DNA of 64,000 nucleotides. Source: an uncultured Candidatus Saccharibacteria bacterium. Lineage in GTDB: Bacteria > Patescibacteriota > Minisyncoccia > UBA6257 > 2-01-FULL-56-20. The stretch covers positions 433,242 through 497,241 of the forward strand of contig OZ246418.1 in NCBI GenBank assembly GCA_965231155.1, read 5' to 3'. Below, piece by piece: positions 1 through 12,269 of this stretch (its first letter is position 1; every line of letters starts with the position of its first letter). Under the pieces are notes generated by a model. The model saw nothing but the letters and a program-made list of their open reading frames with translations, had not been told where the DNA came from and did not search any database. The position numbers and the translations under genes are program-made.

Positions 1-345
<345 letters not shown>

Positions 346-419
346 AATGCTGACTTAACTACAGACATTGCTTAATCATTTTTGAATTTTGAATAGAAAA
401 CCGCATAAAGTTTTTTATT

Positions 420-537
420 TGCTGGTGTTTTACTCTCGCGTGTCCCACCCCATTCCATTCCGAACTGGGAAGTGAAAGGGCGAGAGGCTGATGATACTTA
501 CTGGTTCGCCGGTTGGGAAAGTAGGCTATGCCAGCAT
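420..537 (+). rRNA. rrf: 5S rRNA
   Basis: About 118 nt; terminal helix TGCTGG...CCAGCA; conserved CCGAAC...GAAGTGAAA...AGTAGG blocks; lies directly downstream of the 23S end. Confidence 0.8.
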
Positions 538-592
538 ATAAAAGATTTGATGCGGTTTTTGCTTTTCAGGTCTCTTAAAATCCGCTACTATA

Positions 593-1360
593 GTGGGTAT
601 GGAGTATCGCACAGCCAAGCAGTTGGTTTACGGTGGGATCTACCTCGCCGTTTTTCTTTGGATAGCTTTTTGGTTTTATTTTTTGATTGTGAAGCCGGCA
701 CCATCCTGTTTTGATAAAAAACAGAATCAGAATGAAGAAGGAGTGGATTGTGGGGGAGTATGTGCTCGTTTTTGTGTACCAGAGAATCTTGGACCAGTGA
801 GCGTGGTTGATGAGATTAGTATTTTTTATCCGATCCCCGATAAGGCGACAGTTCTCACACGCATAAAGAATCCTAATGCTTCGCACGGTGCATCGGTTTC
901 CTATTTAATCACTTTGTACAACTCTCAGGATCAACCAATCATGAGCGTTCCTCAGGAAGCTATTCTCTATCCAAGTCAGGTGCGGTATGTGATTGTGCCG
1001 AGTGTTGATTTGTCAGAGATTTCATCACCGATTGCCAGAGCCCAACTTCATTTTCAGAAGATTGATTGGCAACCCGCGGAACTTTTCCACCAGCCGCAAG
1101 TTACTGTTCGTGATCAGGAAGTTTCTCGGGAGGGGAATTTTGTGCAGGTAAAAGGGAATATCACTAATGATGACTTAGTAGATGTACCAGAGGCAACCGC
1201 CGTTGCGGTGTTTTTCAATCAGTTTCGTATTCCTATTGGTGCAGCGAAAACAGATCTTTCCCAGCTTGGCTCAGGGGAGACTCGAGAGTTTACCATTGTG
1301 CATCCGATGCTTCCTGGTTTAATGCGTGAAAGGACTCAGGTTTTTGTAATGACTGATTAA
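593..1360 (+). CDS. hypothetical membrane-anchored protein (N-terminal TM helix)
   Basis: 255-aa ORF with a hydrophobic N-terminus; no recognisable motif. Confidence 0.4.
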   Translation: MGMEYRTAKQLVYGGIYLAVFLWIAFWFYFLIVKPAPSCFDKKQNQNEEGVDCGGVCARFCVPENLGPVSVVDEISIFYPIPDKATVLTRIKNPNASHGASVSYLITLYNSQDQPIMSVPQEAILYPSQVRYVIVPSVDLSEISSPIARAQLHFQKIDWQPAELFHQPQVTVRDQEVSREGNFVQVKGNITNDDLVDVPEATAVAVFFNQFRIPIGAAKTDLSQLGSGETREFTIVHPMLPGLMRERTQVFVMTD

Positions 1361-1364
1361 TACC

Positions 1365-2411
1365 GTGTTTTCTCGTCTCCTTATTCCCTCGGGGATACTT
1401 GTGCTTTCAAGCCTCCTTGTTTTGAGTAGTATTGCTTCTTCTTTGGTGTTATCTCAATTTCTTTGGGTGAGTCTTGGAGCAATAGGTGCGTTTTTCTTTT
1501 TCTTCTTTGACCCTCGGATCATCACGACCTCTCCGCGAATGTTATGGGGTTTCTATTTTTTTGTATTGTTCCTTTTACTTATTTCTCTTGTTAGTCCTGT
1601 GGTTCGACAAACACAGAGCTGGGTTCGATTCGGTGTTGTGAACTTCCAGCCAGTAGAACTGGCGAAAGTCGCCCTAATCCTTCTTTTTGCTTATTTTTTC
1701 AGTCGTCGCCATTTACAAATCGGAGTCTGGTCTACTGTCTTTTCCTCCTTTTTTATTTTGGCTTTGCCTATCATGCTGGTGGTCTTGCAGCCAGATTTTG
1801 GTTCAGCACTTATCCTGAGTGGTATTTGGTTTGGCTTTCTTCTTTTGAGCGGTTTGCCTTGGAAGCATCTTTTAACAATGATAGCAGTGCTTCTCGTTGG
1901 TCTTATCTTTATGTGGCATTTTGTTCTCAAGGGGTATCAGCGGGAAAGAATTATGAATGTCTTCTATCCCGAACAGAACGCATTAACGTATAATTACAAT
2001 GTTATTCAGTCGAAGATCGCTATTGGTTCGGCTGGATGGTGGGGGAAGGGATATGGTCAGGGATCGCAGGTTCAGGCCGGGTTTCTCCCAGAGGCGCAGA
2101 CCGATTTTATTTTCGCCGCTTTGATAGAGGAGTGGGGATGGTTGGCAGGAATATTTATTGTCAGTGTTTTTGGATGGTTACTTCTGGAGATCCTACGGGT
2201 TGGTCAGAATGCCGATCAGAATATTGGACGATTCATTTGTTTAGGGACAGTCCTCACGTTTCTCATTCAGTTTTTCCTTAATATTGGTTCGGTAATTGGT
2301 CTTTCGCCAGTAGTCGGTGTACCTTTCCCACTTTTAAGTTACGGAGGTTCAAGCCTGATTACTTCATTATTTCTTTTAGGCATTATTCATGGCATTTCTA
2401 TCCGATCTTAA
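1365..2411 (+). CDS. ftsW: SEDS-family peptidoglycan glycosyltransferase (FtsW/RodA)
   Basis: Polytopic; conserved SEDS block GKGYGQGSQVQAGFLPEAQTDFIFAALIEEWG. Confidence 0.8.
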   Translation: MFSRLLIPSGILVLSSLLVLSSIASSLVLSQFLWVSLGAIGAFFFFFFDPRIITTSPRMLWGFYFFVLFLLLISLVSPVVRQTQSWVRFGVVNFQPVELAKVALILLFAYFFSRRHLQIGVWSTVFSSFFILALPIMLVVLQPDFGSALILSGIWFGFLLLSGLPWKHLLTMIAVLLVGLIFMWHFVLKGYQRERIMNVFYPEQNALTYNYNVIQSKIAIGSAGWWGKGYGQGSQVQAGFLPEAQTDFIFAALIEEWGWLAGIFIVSVFGWLLLEILRVGQNADQNIGRFICLGTVLTFLIQFFLNIGSVIGLSPVVGVPFPLLSYGGSSLITSLFLLGIIHGISIRS

Positions 2412-3357
2412 ACTAAAATTCTTAGTTATTGGTGTACTACTGACATTAGCGGTACCCGTTTTTTCTTTACGACCAGTAGATATTCATGGCACAACTCAGG
2501 TTTTTGAAATAGCGCAAGGAGAGAGATTCTGGCAGATTATTGGTAAATTGCAGAAGGCTGGACTTATTCGTTCATCATCGGTGACTGGCCTTGTGGCTCT
2601 TGGGCGAGGACAGGCAGGCTCACTAAAGCCCGGCCGATATCAGTTAAGCCCCGCATTTTCTAGCGTGGAAATTATTGATCTACTAGAGAATGGTGCGCGT
2701 CATGAGGTAACAGTGGTGGTGCCGGATGGCGCCTCTCTTTATGAAGTCGATATGCTTCTTGCCAAGGCTGGAGTGTTGCTTCCGAATAGTCTTCTTCCGA
2801 AACACGATCAGTTAGAAGGTCGTCTCTTCCCTGACACCTACCGATTTTTTTCAGGCGCTTCTTCTTCTGAGGTAATAGATAAGCTGACACAAAATTTTGA
2901 AATAAAGATTGGCCCTCTTCTGCCCGCAGGAGATGAGGATCAACAGCGGGTGATTATTCTGGCTTCTCTCGTCGAGAAGGAGGTTCCTAATCTTTCCGAT
3001 GGTCAGGTGGTGGCTGGTATCCTAGAAAAACGTCTTCGAGTGGGAATGCCTTTGCAGGTTGATGCTACACTTTGCTATGCGAAATTAGAGCGGGCAGCAA
3101 AGAGGGGGCTACCCTATGAACCGTGTACTCCTCCTTCGGCGTCCGATAAGGCGATTAACTCTCCTTATAACACCTACCGAAACAAGGGTCTCCCTCCCGG
3201 ACCAATTGGTAATCCGAGTCGTTGGGCTTTTGAGGCTGTACTTGGGGCGAAGACCTCTCCTTACTGGTTTTATATTAGCGATCCAAAGACGGGAGCAACT
3301 ATTTTTGCAAAAACCCTCGAGGAGCATAATCGAAATATAGCTAAATACCTACGATAG
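2389..3357 (+). CDS. mltG: endolytic murein transglycosylase MltG (YceG family)
   Basis: N-terminal TM plus the YceG signature SPYNTYRNKGLPPGPIGNPS. Confidence 0.8.
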   Translation: MAFLSDLKLKFLVIGVLLTLAVPVFSLRPVDIHGTTQVFEIAQGERFWQIIGKLQKAGLIRSSSVTGLVALGRGQAGSLKPGRYQLSPAFSSVEIIDLLENGARHEVTVVVPDGASLYEVDMLLAKAGVLLPNSLLPKHDQLEGRLFPDTYRFFSGASSSEVIDKLTQNFEIKIGPLLPAGDEDQQRVIILASLVEKEVPNLSDGQVVAGILEKRLRVGMPLQVDATLCYAKLERAAKRGLPYEPCTPPSASDKAINSPYNTYRNKGLPPGPIGNPSRWAFEAVLGAKTSPYWFYISDPKTGATIFAKTLEEHNRNIAKYLR

Positions 3358-3408
3358 GGGTCTGACGGGCTGTCGTACACAGTTCATCCCCAGCCTACTC
3401 CTTAGTCC

Positions 3409-3437
3409 TTGACTCTCCCTGGAGTTCGGGTTAGAAT
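3409..3437 (+). promoter_or_regulatory. candidate sigma70-type promoter upstream of rpoBC (TTGACT-17-TAGAAT)
   Basis: TTGACT at 3409-3414, 17-nt spacer, TAGAAT at 3432-3437; a 7-bp hairpin CCTGCTT/AAGCAGG sits in the leader near 3560-3590. Confidence 0.3.
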
Positions 3438-3606
3438 CTTTGAACACTATAAAGAAAAGCCTACTTGAGGGGTTTGTTTTTCTTTTTTCAGGGGAGGGGG
3501 ATAGGAGTTTCATCATATGGGTCAGTAAATAAATTTAATAAATTAAAGGTCTTTTTTACCTGCTTCCAACAATAAGCAGGAAGTACTTTTTTCGCCACAA
3601 AAACGT

Positions 3607-6600
3607 ATGTCACTAAAAGTCTCTGAGGTAAAGGATTTTGGTAAGTTTAAGCCAGGGGTCGCGCAGCCACATCTGAACGATGTTCAGATCAATTCGTATG
3701 AGCATTTCTTGAGGAACGGACTGAAGGAGTTGCTCGCGGAGATTTCTCCGATTCGTGATCACACCGGCAAAGAGCTGGAACTTTATTTTGAAGACTATCG
3801 TTTTGATGAGCCAAAGTACGACGAGGTGACCTCTCGTCACAAGGAGGCGACTTTTGAAGCCGCCTTGCGCGTGAAACTCCGTTTAGAAAATAAAAAAACC
3901 GGACAAAGCACTTCTCAGGAAGTGTATCTTGGCGACTTCCCGATTATGACCAAGCGAGGCACGTTCATTATTAATGGCGTGGAACGTGTGGTTATCTCTC
4001 AGTTAATTCGTTCGGCCGGTGTCTATTTTGTGGCGACACCCTGGCATGGACGAAATTTATTTGGAGCAAAGATTATTCCAAACCGTGGCGCCTGGCTTGA
4101 GTTTGAGACTGATGTTGATGGCGTGATTGGTGTAAAGATTGATCGTCACAGAAAAGCGGCCGTTACCGACCTCCTCCGTATCTTTGGTAATACTGAAGAA
4201 ATCTCTCCCTCACTCTTTTCCGATGTGGATAAGGGCACAATTAAATATTTAGAAGCAACCCTCAAAAAAGATGGCGCGAAGGACTTAGCGGAGTCCTATT
4301 TAGAAATCTATCATCGTCTTCGCCCTGGTGATCCGGCGACGATTGAGACGGCTAAGAACTTGGTGGATAGTATGTTTAAGCGTTTTGATCGTTACGATCT
4401 TTCTCCGGTCGGACGTTTCAAGCTGAACCAGCGATTAGGATTTGCTCAGAAAAAAGATCAGCGCCTTTTGGATGTTGATGATCTTTCGGCCATCGTTCGG
4501 GAGATTATCCGTTTGAATAATGATCCACACGCGATGGAGGATGATATCGATCACTTGGGTAATCGTCGTCTTCGTACCGCTGGAGAACTTCTGGAATCTC
4601 GCTTGCGAATCGGTTTGGCTCGTTTGCGACGTATCGTCCAGGATCGAATGTCCACTTTGGAGCGGACTAGCCTTTTGCCAAGTCAGTTGGTGAACTTCCG
4701 TCCATTAGGTGCCGCGGTGAAGGAGTTTTTCTCTTCTTCACAGCTTTCGCAGTTTATGGACCAGGTCAATCCTTTGGCTGAGGTTGAACACAAGCGACGT
4801 CTCTCAGCTCTTGGGCCAGGTGGTCTCACTCGAGAACGTGCTGGCTTTGAAGTGCGCGACGTCCATCGTTCTCACTATGGTCGTATCTGTCCGATTCAGA
4901 CCCCAGAAGGTTCAAACATTGGTTTGATCAACTATTTGGCAAACTTTGCCCGAGTGAACGAACTTGGTTTCTTAGAGGCACCGTATGTGAAGGTGGAGAA
5001 GGGGAAGATTACCAAGGAAGTTATTTGGATGAATGGTTTGGAAGAGGAGCGATACAAGATTGGTCATGGTGGTATTCCTCGCGATGCGAGTGGGAAAATT
5101 ACCCTACCATTAGTAGAAGCTCGTATTAATGGTGAGCCAGGAGTCTGTAGTGCCGAAGATCTGGATTTTGTAGACGTGGCGCCGAATCAGTTTATTTCGG
5201 TGGCGACTTCTTTGATTCCGTTCTTACAGCACGATGACGCCAACCGTGCCTTGATGGGTTCGAACATGCAACGTCAGGCGGTTCCTTCGATTCGTCCACA
5301 GGCGCCGTATGTCGGTACTGGTATGGAAGGGAAGGTGGCTGAAGATTCTGGTTATGTGATTAAGGCTGAAGAGGATGGTGAGATTATTGATGCCGATGCC
5401 CAGCATCTTAAGGTTCGCTATGAAAAAGCCGGCGTGAAAGAGTATCGATTACAGAAGTTTGAACGATCCAACCAGTTTACGAGTCTTTCGCAGCGCCTTT
5501 TGGTCTCGGGTGGCAAGGTGAAGAAGGGACAGAACTTGATTGATGGTCCTTCGACCGATCAGGGGCTCTTGGCGCTTGGACAGAACCTCTTAGTCTCCTT
5601 CGTTTCTTGGGAGGGTGCGAACTTCGAAGACGCTATCATCTTGTCGGAGCGGGTGGTGAAGGATGATCGTTTCACCTCCATTCATATTGAAGATTTCTAC
5701 TGTGATGTCCGTGATACCAAACTTGGTCCTGAAATCACCACGCCAGATATTCCAAATGCCTCTGAAGAAAAACTCCGCAATCTTGATGAGGAGGGTATTA
5801 TTCGTATTGGTGCCGAAGTAAAAGCCGGCGATATTTTAGTTGGAAAAATTTCTCCGAAGGGTGAGGCAGAACTGACTTCCGAAGAACGACTTTTGCGAGC
5901 CATTTTCGGTGAGAAGGCGAGCGATGTGAAAGACACTTCGCTGACCTTGCCACACGGAAAGCGTGGCCGGGTTATTGGTATCAAAGTTTTCTCGCGCGAT
6001 CAGGGTGATAAGCTTGAACCAGGAATTATCCGTCGCATTCAGGTAGAGATTGCTACCTTAATGAAGGTACAGTCTGGTGACAAGCTCGCCGGTCGTCACG
6101 GAAACAAAGGTGTTATTTCCCAGGTTCGTCCAGTCGAAGATATGCCATACCTCGAGGATGGAACGCCAGTGGATATTATTTTGAATCCACTTGGTGTGGT
6201 TTCTCGTATGAACCTTGGACAGATTTTGGAAACGCATCTTGGCTGGGCGGCAGGAACGATGGGCTTCCGCGTGGTTGCTCCAGCTTTGGAGAAGTTTACC
6301 GAGGAGACGCTTCGCAACGAACTCAAGGAGGCTGGTCTTCCAGAAGATGGGAAGGCGGTCCTTTATGATGGACGTACCGGACAGGCATTTGATCACACCG
6401 TGACCGTGGGGCAGATCTATATGCTCAAGCTGAACCACTTGGTCGAAGACAAGATCCACATGCGTTCAATTGGGCCGTACTCTTTGATTACTCAGCAGCC
6501 ACTTGGTGGTAAGGCGCAGTTTGGTGGTCAGCGCTTTGGAGAAATGGAAGTCTGGGCCTTGGAAGGATATGGTGCACGACACGTCTTGCACGAAATGTTG

Positions 6601-9600
6601 ACGATTAAGTCTGACGACGTCTTAGGGCGATCGGCAGCCTATGAAGCGATTATCCGTGGTGAGCAGTTGCACACTTCGAACGTGCCAGCTTCCTTTAATG
6701 TGTTGGTCAATGAGTTGAAAGCGTTAAGTTTTAACATCAATCCATTGCACGAAGAGGTGGCCGGAGCGGATCGTCTGAAGTCTTTGCAGATTAGTATTGC
6801 ATCACCAGAAGATATTATGCGGTGGTCGCATGGTGAGGTACTGAAGCCAGAAACCATCAACTATCGAACACAGCGTCCAGAAAAAGATGGACTGTTTTCT
6901 GAGCGTATTTTCGGTCCAACGAAGGATTATGAGTGTTACTGTGGAAAGTATCGTCGACTACGATACAAGGGAGTGGTGTGTGATAAGTGTGGTGTTGAGG
7001 TGACTCGGGCCATCGTTCGTCGTGACCGACTTGGTCATATCTCTTTAGCGGCACCAGTCAGTCATATTTGGTTCCTGAAGACTGTACCCTCGCGTATGAG
7101 TTTGCTTTTGGACGTTCAGTCCAGCCGTCTCGATCGCGTGGTCTATTATATTGATTACATTATTACAGAAGTTTCCGAGGAGAATCGTCAGCGGGCCTTG
7201 ACCGATCTTGGACGTGAGCTGAAGAGTCGCGTGGGACTCCTGACTAAAAAGGATAAGGAGATGAAAGGCGACCTTGAGGATGCGGCTGAACGAATGGAGG
7301 AGCTTCTGACCGATCTTCGTGTAGGGAGCGTTTTGACTGAAGTTGAGTACTTCCACCTAGCTCGTCGTTTCGGTGATGTTTTCAAGGCGGGCAGTGGCGC
7401 AGAAGCTATTCGCAGTATCTTCGAGAAGATGGATTTGAAGGATGAGGTGCAGAAGGTGAATAAGGCATTGGAGAAGGCGAAGAGTCCACTTTTAGAGATC
7501 AAACTTTTACGTCGGTTGAAGATGCTGAAGTCGATGATCAAACACAACATGCGTCCTGAGTGGATGATCATGACCGTGCTTCCAGTTCTGCCACCAGATC
7601 TTCGTCCGATGGTTGCTTTGGATGGTGGTCGCTATGCCACTTCTGATTTGAACGATCTTTATCGTCGTGTCATCAACCGTAATAATCGATTGAAGAAGCT
7701 TTTAGAGATTAAGGCGCCGGAAGTGATTGTCCGCAACGAGAAGCGTATGCTTCAGGAAGCGGTCGACGCGTTGATTGATAACTCAATTCGTTTCGGCTCT
7801 CAGCAGCTTTCTGCTCAGCGTCGTCCACTACGCTCCTTGTCTGATATGTTGAAAGGAAAGCAGGGACGTTTTCGTCAGAACTTACTTGGAAAGCGCGTCG
7901 ACTACTCTGGCCGTTCGGTCATTGTGGTTGGTCCGAAGTTGGCGATCAACCAGTGTGGTCTGCCAAAGAAGATGGCCTTAGAACTTTTCCGTCCATTCGT
8001 AATTAGTGGCATTATCGCCAAAGGTTTGGCTCACAACATTAGAAATGCCAATCGCTTGATTGAGCAGGGTCCAGATGAGGTCTGGGCAATTCTTGAAGAG
8101 GTGATTAAGGATAAGCGCGTGCTTCTGAACCGTGCGCCAACCTTGCACCGTCTCTCCGTCCAGGCCTTCCGTCCATTCTTGGTTGAAGGTTCGGCTATTC
8201 AGATTCCACCGCTTGTCTGTGATGCCTTTAACGCTGACTTTGATGGTGACCAGATGGCCGTACACGTTCCTTTGTTCGATAAGGCTCAGGAGGAGGCAGC
8301 AAATATTATGGACTCCAGCCACAACTTGCTGAAGCCAGCAACTGGCGATTTGGTGGCCATGCCGAGCAAAGACATGGTCTTGGGTATGTATTATCTGAGT
8401 AGTCTTTTACCGAAGGGTGAGACACTGCGTTCGGTGAATGACATTAATGATGCGCAGTTAGCGTATGATCACAACATTATCTCATTGCGAGAACCAATCT
8501 TGATGCGTACTGCCGAGGGGATCGTCGAGACTTCTTTAGGCCGAGCGATGATTGATAGAATTTTTGAGGGGACTGGCGTGAAGGTGACCGAGAATCTTAC
8601 TAAGAAAAAATTACAGCGATTGATTGAACGGGTTTTTGATAACTGTGGTCCAGAGCGAACGGTGCAGGTCTTGGATGCCGTGAAGTTGCTCGGTTTTGAA
8701 ATGGCCATGCGTTCGGGTACGACCTGGAGCACTGCTGATCTTTTGATTCCGGCCGGTAAGCCAAAAGTTATCGACGAAGCCGAGGAGAAGGTGGCGGTGG
8801 TTCGCGAACAGTTTGAGCAGGGACTTTTGACTGAGTCGGAGCGACGGGTGCGAACTATTGCAGTCTGGGAAGATGCCAAGAAGGCGATTGCTCAGATGGT
8901 AACGAAAGCTTTGCCGATTGATAACTCAATCTACCGAATCATTGATTCTGGTGCGCGTGGTTCGTGGGCTCAGCCAATTCAGATGATGGGTATGAAAGGT
9001 TTGGTGGCCAACCCGAAAGGTGACACTATCGAACTGCCAATTCGATCTTCTCTGAAGGAAGGTTTCAGCGTATTGGAGTACTTCATTGCTACTCACGGTG
9101 CGCGTAAAGGTACTACTGATACCGCGTTGAAGACGGCTCAGGCTGGTTATCTGACACGTCGTTTGGTTGATGTGGCTCAGGATATTATGATCCGTGAAGC
9201 TGACTGTAAGACCAAGGAAGGAATCGAAATCTTCCGTGAAGACGGTGAGGATCTTGGGTACTCATTTGGAAATCGCTTGTTCTCTCGAACAGCGGCCGAG
9301 GAGGTGAAGCTTGGTAACAAGGTGGTGGTCAAAGTTGGTGAGATTATTACCAAAGAAGCGGCTCAGGAGATTGAGAAGTCGAATTTGGCCAGCCTCAAGC
9401 TTCGTTCACCAATTACTTGTAAAACACTCTATGGTATTTGTGGCACCTGTTATGGCTTGAACTTGGCTGACAATCGTCCGGTTGAGGAAGGTCTGGCGGT
9501 TGGTGTTATTGCGGCGCAGTCCATTGGTGAACCGGGAACTCAGCTCACCATGCGTACTTTCCACACTGGTGGTATCGCCGGACTCGACATTACTCACGGT

Positions 9601-10398
9601 TTGCCTCGTATCGAAGAGCTTTTCGAAGCACGGGCACCAAAAGGTAAGGCAATTCTTGCCATGGCCGATGGAGTGATTGAAAGTGTTGAGACGAAGGGAA
9701 ATCTGAAGATCTTGGCACTCAAGGAAACTGGTGGACGAGTAGGTAAAGTGGCCAAAGTCACGAAGACGGCTAAGAAGGATAAAATTATCGAATACAAGTT
9801 GCCAGCCCACGCCATGGTGTATGTGAAAGCTGGAGATATGGTTCAGCGGGGGACTCAGCTCTCTGAGGGTCACTTGGATCTTCGCGAGTTGCTCACATTG
9901 AAGGGTACGCAGGAAGTTATTCGGTATATTACTCGCGAGGTGCACAAGATTTACTTGGCAGAAGGTGCTTCGATTCACAACAAGCATATCGAGGTCATCA
10001 TTCGTCAGATGTTCTCTCGGGTGAAGATTTCCGAGTCTGGTGACGCACCAGATTTGATCTTGGGAGAGATTGTGGAGCGATCTCGTTTCCTTGAGGTTAA
10101 TCGTGAGTTGAAGAAGCAGGGTAGTGGTTTGGCTCAGGCCGAACAGTTACTCTTGGGTATCACTCGCGTCGCCCTTTCCACTGAGAGTTTCCTTTCGGCA
10201 GCTTCTTTCCAGGATACGCCACGGGCGTTGGTGAAGGCCGCAGTTGAGGGGAGAATCGATGCCCTTCGTGGTCTTAAGGAAAATGTTATTATCGGGCGCC
10301 TCATTCCTACGGGTTCCATTATCTCCGAGGAGCCGGTTTCTGATGAGGGAATTGCCGCTGCTACCTCTGTTTCCGAAGCCGTAGAAGATGAGTCCTAA
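3607..10398 (+). CDS. rpoBC: DNA-directed RNA polymerase beta-beta' fusion (RpoB fused in frame to RpoC)
   Basis: N-terminal 1050 aa carry RpoB motifs ([43 protein letters not shown]) and end with an E. coli-like RpoB C-terminus ([22 protein letters not shown]). After a short [11 protein letters not shown] linker comes the RpoC N-terminus ([51 protein letters not shown]) and [14 protein letters not shown]. There is no stop or frameshift at the junction (about nt 6760). Confidence 0.9.
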   Translation: MSLKVSEVKDFGKFKPGVAQPHLNDVQINSYEHFLRNGLKELLAEISPIRDHTGKELELYFEDYRFDEPKYDEVTSRHKEATFEAALRVKLRLENKKTGQSTSQEVYLGDFPIMTKRGTFIINGVERVVISQLIRSAGVYFVATPWHGRNLFGAKIIPNRGAWLEFETDVDGVIGVKIDRHRKAAVTDLLRIFGNTEEISPSLFSDVDKGTIKYLEATLKKDGAKDLAESYLEIYHRLRPGDPATIETAKNLVDSMFKRFDRYDLSPVGRFKLNQRLGFAQKKDQRLLDVDDLSAIVREIIRLNNDPHAMEDDIDHLGNRRLRTAGELLESRLRIGLARLRRIVQDRMSTLERTSLLPSQLVNFRPLGAAVKEFFSSSQLSQFMDQVNPLAEVEHKRRLSALGPGGLTRERAGFEVRDVHRSHYGRICPIQTPEGSNIGLINYLANFARVNELGFLEAPYVKVEKGKITKEVIWMNGLEEERYKIGHGGIPRDASGKITLPLVEARINGEPGVCSAEDLDFVDVAPNQFISVATSLIPFLQHDDANRALMGSNMQRQAVPSIRPQAPYVGTGMEGKVAEDSGYVIKAEEDGEIIDADAQHLKVRYEKAGVKEYRLQKFERSNQFTSLSQRLLVSGGKVKKGQNLIDGPSTDQGLLALGQNLLVSFVSWEGANFEDAIILSERVVKDDRFTSIHIEDFYCDVRDTKLGPEITTPDIPNASEEKLRNLDEEGIIRIGAEVKAGDILVGKISPKGEAELTSEERLLRAIFGEKASDVKDTSLTLPHGKRGRVIGIKVFSRDQGDKLEPGIIRRIQVEIATLMKVQSGDKLAGRHGNKGVISQVRPVEDMPYLEDGTPVDIILNPLGVVSRMNLGQILETHLGWAAGTMGFRVVAPALEKFTEETLRNELKEAGLPEDGKAVLYDGRTGQAFDHTVTVGQIYMLKLNHLVEDKIHMRSIGPYSLITQQPLGGKAQFGGQRFGEMEVWALEGYGARHVLHEMLTIKSDDVLGRSAAYEAIIRGEQLHTSNVPASFNVLVNELKALSFNINPLHEEVAGADRLKSLQISIASPEDIMRWSHGEVLKPETINYRTQRPEKDGLFSERIFGPTKDYECYCGKYRRLRYKGVVCDKCGVEVTRAIVRRDRLGHISLAAPVSHIWFLKTVPSRMSLLLDVQSSRLDRVVYYIDYIITEVSEENRQRALTDLGRELKSRVGLLTKKDKEMKGDLEDAAERMEELLTDLRVGSVLTEVEYFHLARRFGDVFKAGSGAEAIRSIFEKMDLKDEVQKVNKALEKAKSPLLEIKLLRRLKMLKSMIKHNMRPEWMIMTVLPVLPPDLRPMVALDGGRYATSDLNDLYRRVINRNNRLKKLLEIKAPEVIVRNEKRMLQEAVDALIDNSIRFGSQQLSAQRRPLRSLSDMLKGKQGRFRQNLLGKRVDYSGRSVIVVGPKLAINQCGLPKKMALELFRPFVISGIIAKGLAHNIRNANRLIEQGPDEVWAILEEVIKDKRVLLNRAPTLHRLSVQAFRPFLVEGSAIQIPPLVCDAFNADFDGDQMAVHVPLFDKAQEEAANIMDSSHNLLKPATGDLVAMPSKDMVLGMYYLSSLLPKGETLRSVNDINDAQLAYDHNIISLREPILMRTAEGIVETSLGRAMIDRIFEGTGVKVTENLTKKKLQRLIERVFDNCGPERTVQVLDAVKLLGFEMAMRSGTTWSTADLLIPAGKPKVIDEAEEKVAVVREQFEQGLLTESERRVRTIAVWEDAKKAIAQMVTKALPIDNSIYRIIDSGARGSWAQPIQMMGMKGLVANPKGDTIELPIRSSLKEGFSVLEYFIATHGARKGTTDTALKTAQAGYLTRRLVDVAQDIMIREADCKTKEGIEIFREDGEDLGYSFGNRLFSRTAAEEVKLGNKVVVKVGEIITKEAAQEIEKSNLASLKLRSPITCKTLYGICGTCYGLNLADNRPVEEGLAVGVIAAQSIGEPGTQLTMRTFHTGGIAGLDITHGLPRIEELFEARAPKGKAILAMADGVIESVETKGNLKILALKETGGRVGKVAKVTKTAKKDKIIEYKLPAHAMVYVKAGDMVQRGTQLSEGHLDLRELLTLKGTQEVIRYITREVHKIYLAEGASIHNKHIEVIIRQMFSRVKISESGDAPDLILGEIVERSRFLEVNRELKKQGSGLAQAEQLLLGITRVALSTESFLSAASFQDTPRALVKAAVEGRIDALRGLKENVIIGRLIPTGSIISEEPVSDEGIAAATSVSEAVEDES

Positions 10399-10454
10399 AT
10401 CAGCTCAATCGGTTTGACTTTATTGCCCTCTTCGATTACCCTCTACTCACACAT

Positions 10455-10907
10455 ATGACAGAACGAGAAGACAATCATAAAGACTACGAAATCGCCTTCC
10501 TTCTCTCGGAAGAGTCTGATTTAAAGGGTCTTTTGGACATCTTAAAACAGCATGAAGCGACCATTACATTTGAAGGTCCTTTGAAGAAGATTGCTCTGGC
10601 CTACGAGATCAAGAAGCAGTCTTCGGCTCACTTCGGTTTTATTCGTTTCACTGCTCCGCCTGCACAGATCCCTAGTCTTGAACAAGTTCTTGTTCTTCAC
10701 CAGCCCGTACTTCGCTCACTGATTGTGACCTATGTGCCAGGAAGAGCCACCGTGCCTCGAGACCCTTCCGCAGTACCAGTGATTGCCGCGGCCTCTTTGG
10801 CTGATGCGACACCGGTTGTCGTTGAACCAGCAGTGGTTACTCCTGGACATAGTCTTCCTCTCAGCAATGAAGATCTAGAAAAGAGGATTGAAGAGATCCT
10901 GAAGTAA
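10455..10907 (+). CDS. rpsF: 30S ribosomal protein S6 with C-terminal extension
   Basis: YEIAFLL...KKIALAYEIKK...FGFIRF pattern typical of S6; conserved rpsF-ssb-rpsR order. Confidence 0.75.
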   Translation: MTEREDNHKDYEIAFLLSEESDLKGLLDILKQHEATITFEGPLKKIALAYEIKKQSSAHFGFIRFTAPPAQIPSLEQVLVLHQPVLRSLIVTYVPGRATVPRDPSAVPVIAAASLADATPVVVEPAVVTPGHSLPLSNEDLEKRIEEILK

Positions 10908-10910
10908 TCT

Positions 10911-11384
10911 ATGAATCTAAACAAGGTTTTCATCCTAGGAAGACTGACTGCTGATCCTCAGCTCAAAAGCACACCGAGCGGACAGTCAGTTGGGAGTTTC
11001 TCGGTTGCAACCAGTCGTTACTGGAAAGATAAAGCAGGTGCTCGCCAGGAGAAGACTGATTATCACAATATTGTAGTGTGGGGTCGACAGGCGGAAATCG
11101 CCAGTCAGTTTCTCACGCGTGGGGCATTAGTTTTTGTGGAGGGTCGGATTGAGACTCGTTCCTGGCAGGATAAGCAGGGAGTAGAGAGGAAAACTACAGA
11201 GATTGTGTGTGATCGTATGCAACTTGGTCCACGAACAACAGGTGGAGAGGCGGGCGGTTTCCGTCCAAAGGCGGATAGCTCTTCTCAGTCCACTGCTCAG
11301 CCATTGGTCGAAGAGATTCCCATTGTGGACATCGAGGATGAGGCGAAAGACGAAACTAATAAAACAGACGATATTCCATTTTAA
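10911..11384 (+). CDS. ssb: single-stranded DNA-binding protein
   Basis: OB-fold N-terminus (NKVFILGRLTADPQLK...VVWGRQAEI) and acidic C-terminal tail ending DDIPF. Confidence 0.85.
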   Translation: MNLNKVFILGRLTADPQLKSTPSGQSVGSFSVATSRYWKDKAGARQEKTDYHNIVVWGRQAEIASQFLTRGALVFVEGRIETRSWQDKQGVERKTTEIVCDRMQLGPRTTGGEAGGFRPKADSSSQSTAQPLVEEIPIVDIEDEAKDETNKTDDIPF

Positions 11385-11389
11385 GAAAT

Positions 11390-11590
11390 ATGATTCAGTG
11401 CTACTTCTGTTCGCAAAACTTCAAAGAGATTGACTATAAGGATTCCGAACTTCTCAAGCGGTTTGTTTCTAGCCAGGCAAAAATTATTGACCCTCAGCAT
11501 AGTGCGGTGTGCGCGAAGCACCAGCGAGCACTGGCCATGGCTATCAAGCGAGCACGGTTTCTTGGACTACTCCCATACGTTCGTCAGTAA
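11390..11590 (+). CDS. rpsR: 30S ribosomal protein S18
   Basis: 66 aa; CYFC...IDYKD...LKRFVS...AIKRARFLGLLPY. Confidence 0.85.
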   Translation: MIQCYFCSQNFKEIDYKDSELLKRFVSSQAKIIDPQHSAVCAKHQRALAMAIKRARFLGLLPYVRQ

Positions 11591-11696
11591 TTCGTACACT
11601 GCATAGTCATCTGACATCATTAGGTTCTCCACTTCGCCTTTACTGTACTTCTCGTACAGCTCAGTTGCGATGTTTTTATTCTGGTATAATTGAAAG

Positions 11697-12251
11697 ATGA
11701 TGGATTTTAACTACCGAGTATTTCAGGCGATTTTTTCTTTTGCAGGAAAAAGCCCAGTCCTCGATGCATTTGGGATATTTTTGGCCGAGTACCTCCCTTA
11801 TTTCTTGGTAGCTGGGATATTTTTTTTCGTGTTTTCTTATGATGGATGGCGGAAGAGAGGAGCGCTTACCATCTTTTTTATTTTCTCGCTTATTCTTTCT
11901 CGAGGGGTTATCGGGTATTTGATTAGTTTTTTCTTCCCTATTGATCGTCCGTTTATTCCTCTGGATTTTGTACCTTTGGTTGGCAAAGTGGTATCTCCAG
12001 CGTTTCCTGCGGGATATGCTGTTGTCTTTTTTACTCTTGCCTTTGCACTCTTTTGTGTAAATCGCAGTTGGGGAGGGATATATTTTTTAGCCGCAAGCGT
12101 AGTAAGTTTCGGCCGGATTTTTGTTGGCGTACAATGGCCACTTGATATCTTGGGGGGTCTTCTCGTTGCTTTTCTTGGCACAGGGATTAGTTGGTTGCTT
12201 TTCCAGCCATATTTAAAGAAGCTACTCTTCTCCGAAAGGGGAGGGAGATAG
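11697..12251 (+). CDS. PAP2-like polytopic membrane protein (catalytic motifs degenerate)
   Basis: 6 TM; PAFPAGY and FGRIFVGVQWPLD resemble PAP2 motifs PSGH and SRx5Hx3D, but the catalytic His residues are replaced. Confidence 0.35.
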   Translation: MMDFNYRVFQAIFSFAGKSPVLDAFGIFLAEYLPYFLVAGIFFFVFSYDGWRKRGALTIFFIFSLILSRGVIGYLISFFFPIDRPFIPLDFVPLVGKVVSPAFPAGYAVVFFTLAFALFCVNRSWGGIYFLAASVVSFGRIFVGVQWPLDILGGLLVAFLGTGISWLLFQPYLKKLLFSERGGR

Positions 12252-12269
12252 ATTCTCGAAGAAGTACGA

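Noticed and set aside
5224-9987. Numerous 60-190-aa ORFs antisense to or out of frame within rpoBC
   Set aside because: They are embedded in a strongly supported 2263-aa gene and have no RBS or motifs; typical shadow ORFs
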